Source: Octopus bimaculoides
Lineage: Eukaryota
Assembly (NCBI RefSeq): GCF_001194135.2
Contig: NC_068982.1
Coordinates: forward strand, 3,714,989 to 3,778,988
Reading direction: 5' to 3'
Length of the DNA stretch: 64,000 bases
Part shown: one piece after another, positions 63,850 to 64,000 of the stretch
Numbering within the stretch: the stretch's first letter is position 1
How the letters are laid out: each line of letters begins with the position of its first letter
The notes under the pieces: generated by a model
Database searches by the model: none
What the model saw: only the letters and a program-made list of their open reading frames with translations
Told to the model about the DNA's origin: nothing
Made by a program: the position numbers and the translations under genes

Positions 63850-64000
63850 CTTTTACTTTTTTCCGGTCATTGGACTGTGGCCATGCTGGGGCACAGCCTT
63901 GAAAGACTTTTAACTGAATGAAAACAACCCCAGTACTTAGTTTTCTTAAGAGTGGTACTTAAGTCATTTTTGCCAAACCACTAAGCTATGAGGATGTAAA
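63850..64000 (-). mobile_element. SINE family B 3' part, running off the window edge
   Basis: ggccatgctggggcacagccttgaaag. Confidence 0.7.

Overview
This is eukaryotic, AT-rich, gap-containing draft scaffold sequence. It is very probably cephalopod (Octopus); that call rests on my recognition of its tRNA-derived SINE families, RTE tails and microsatellite load, not on a database search. The window is almost entirely intergenic or intronic repeat landscape: about 40 copies of at least five tRNA-headed SINE families; decayed LINE fragments (RTE, L1/Tx1, CR1-like); two Tc1/mariner remnants; MITEs; a Helitron helicase fragment; a hAT fragment; and many micro- and minisatellites. The only credible host coding sequence is a 42-codon terminal exon on the minus strand (60649-60779), whose upstream exons would lie to its right, probably beyond the window. 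The most interesting signal is a tRNA-headed SINE whose 3' end carries a minimal type-I hammerhead ribozyme motif. One of three copies has an intact core (56959-57004, minus), and two copies form a head-to-head palindrome, which points to a SINE mobilised by Penelope-like elements (PLEs). Two further head-to-head inverted repeats carry CTGANGA motifs. SINE copies to the right of about 52 kb show marked CpG decay, suggesting a methylated domain. Repeat coordinates were placed by eye and are approximate.
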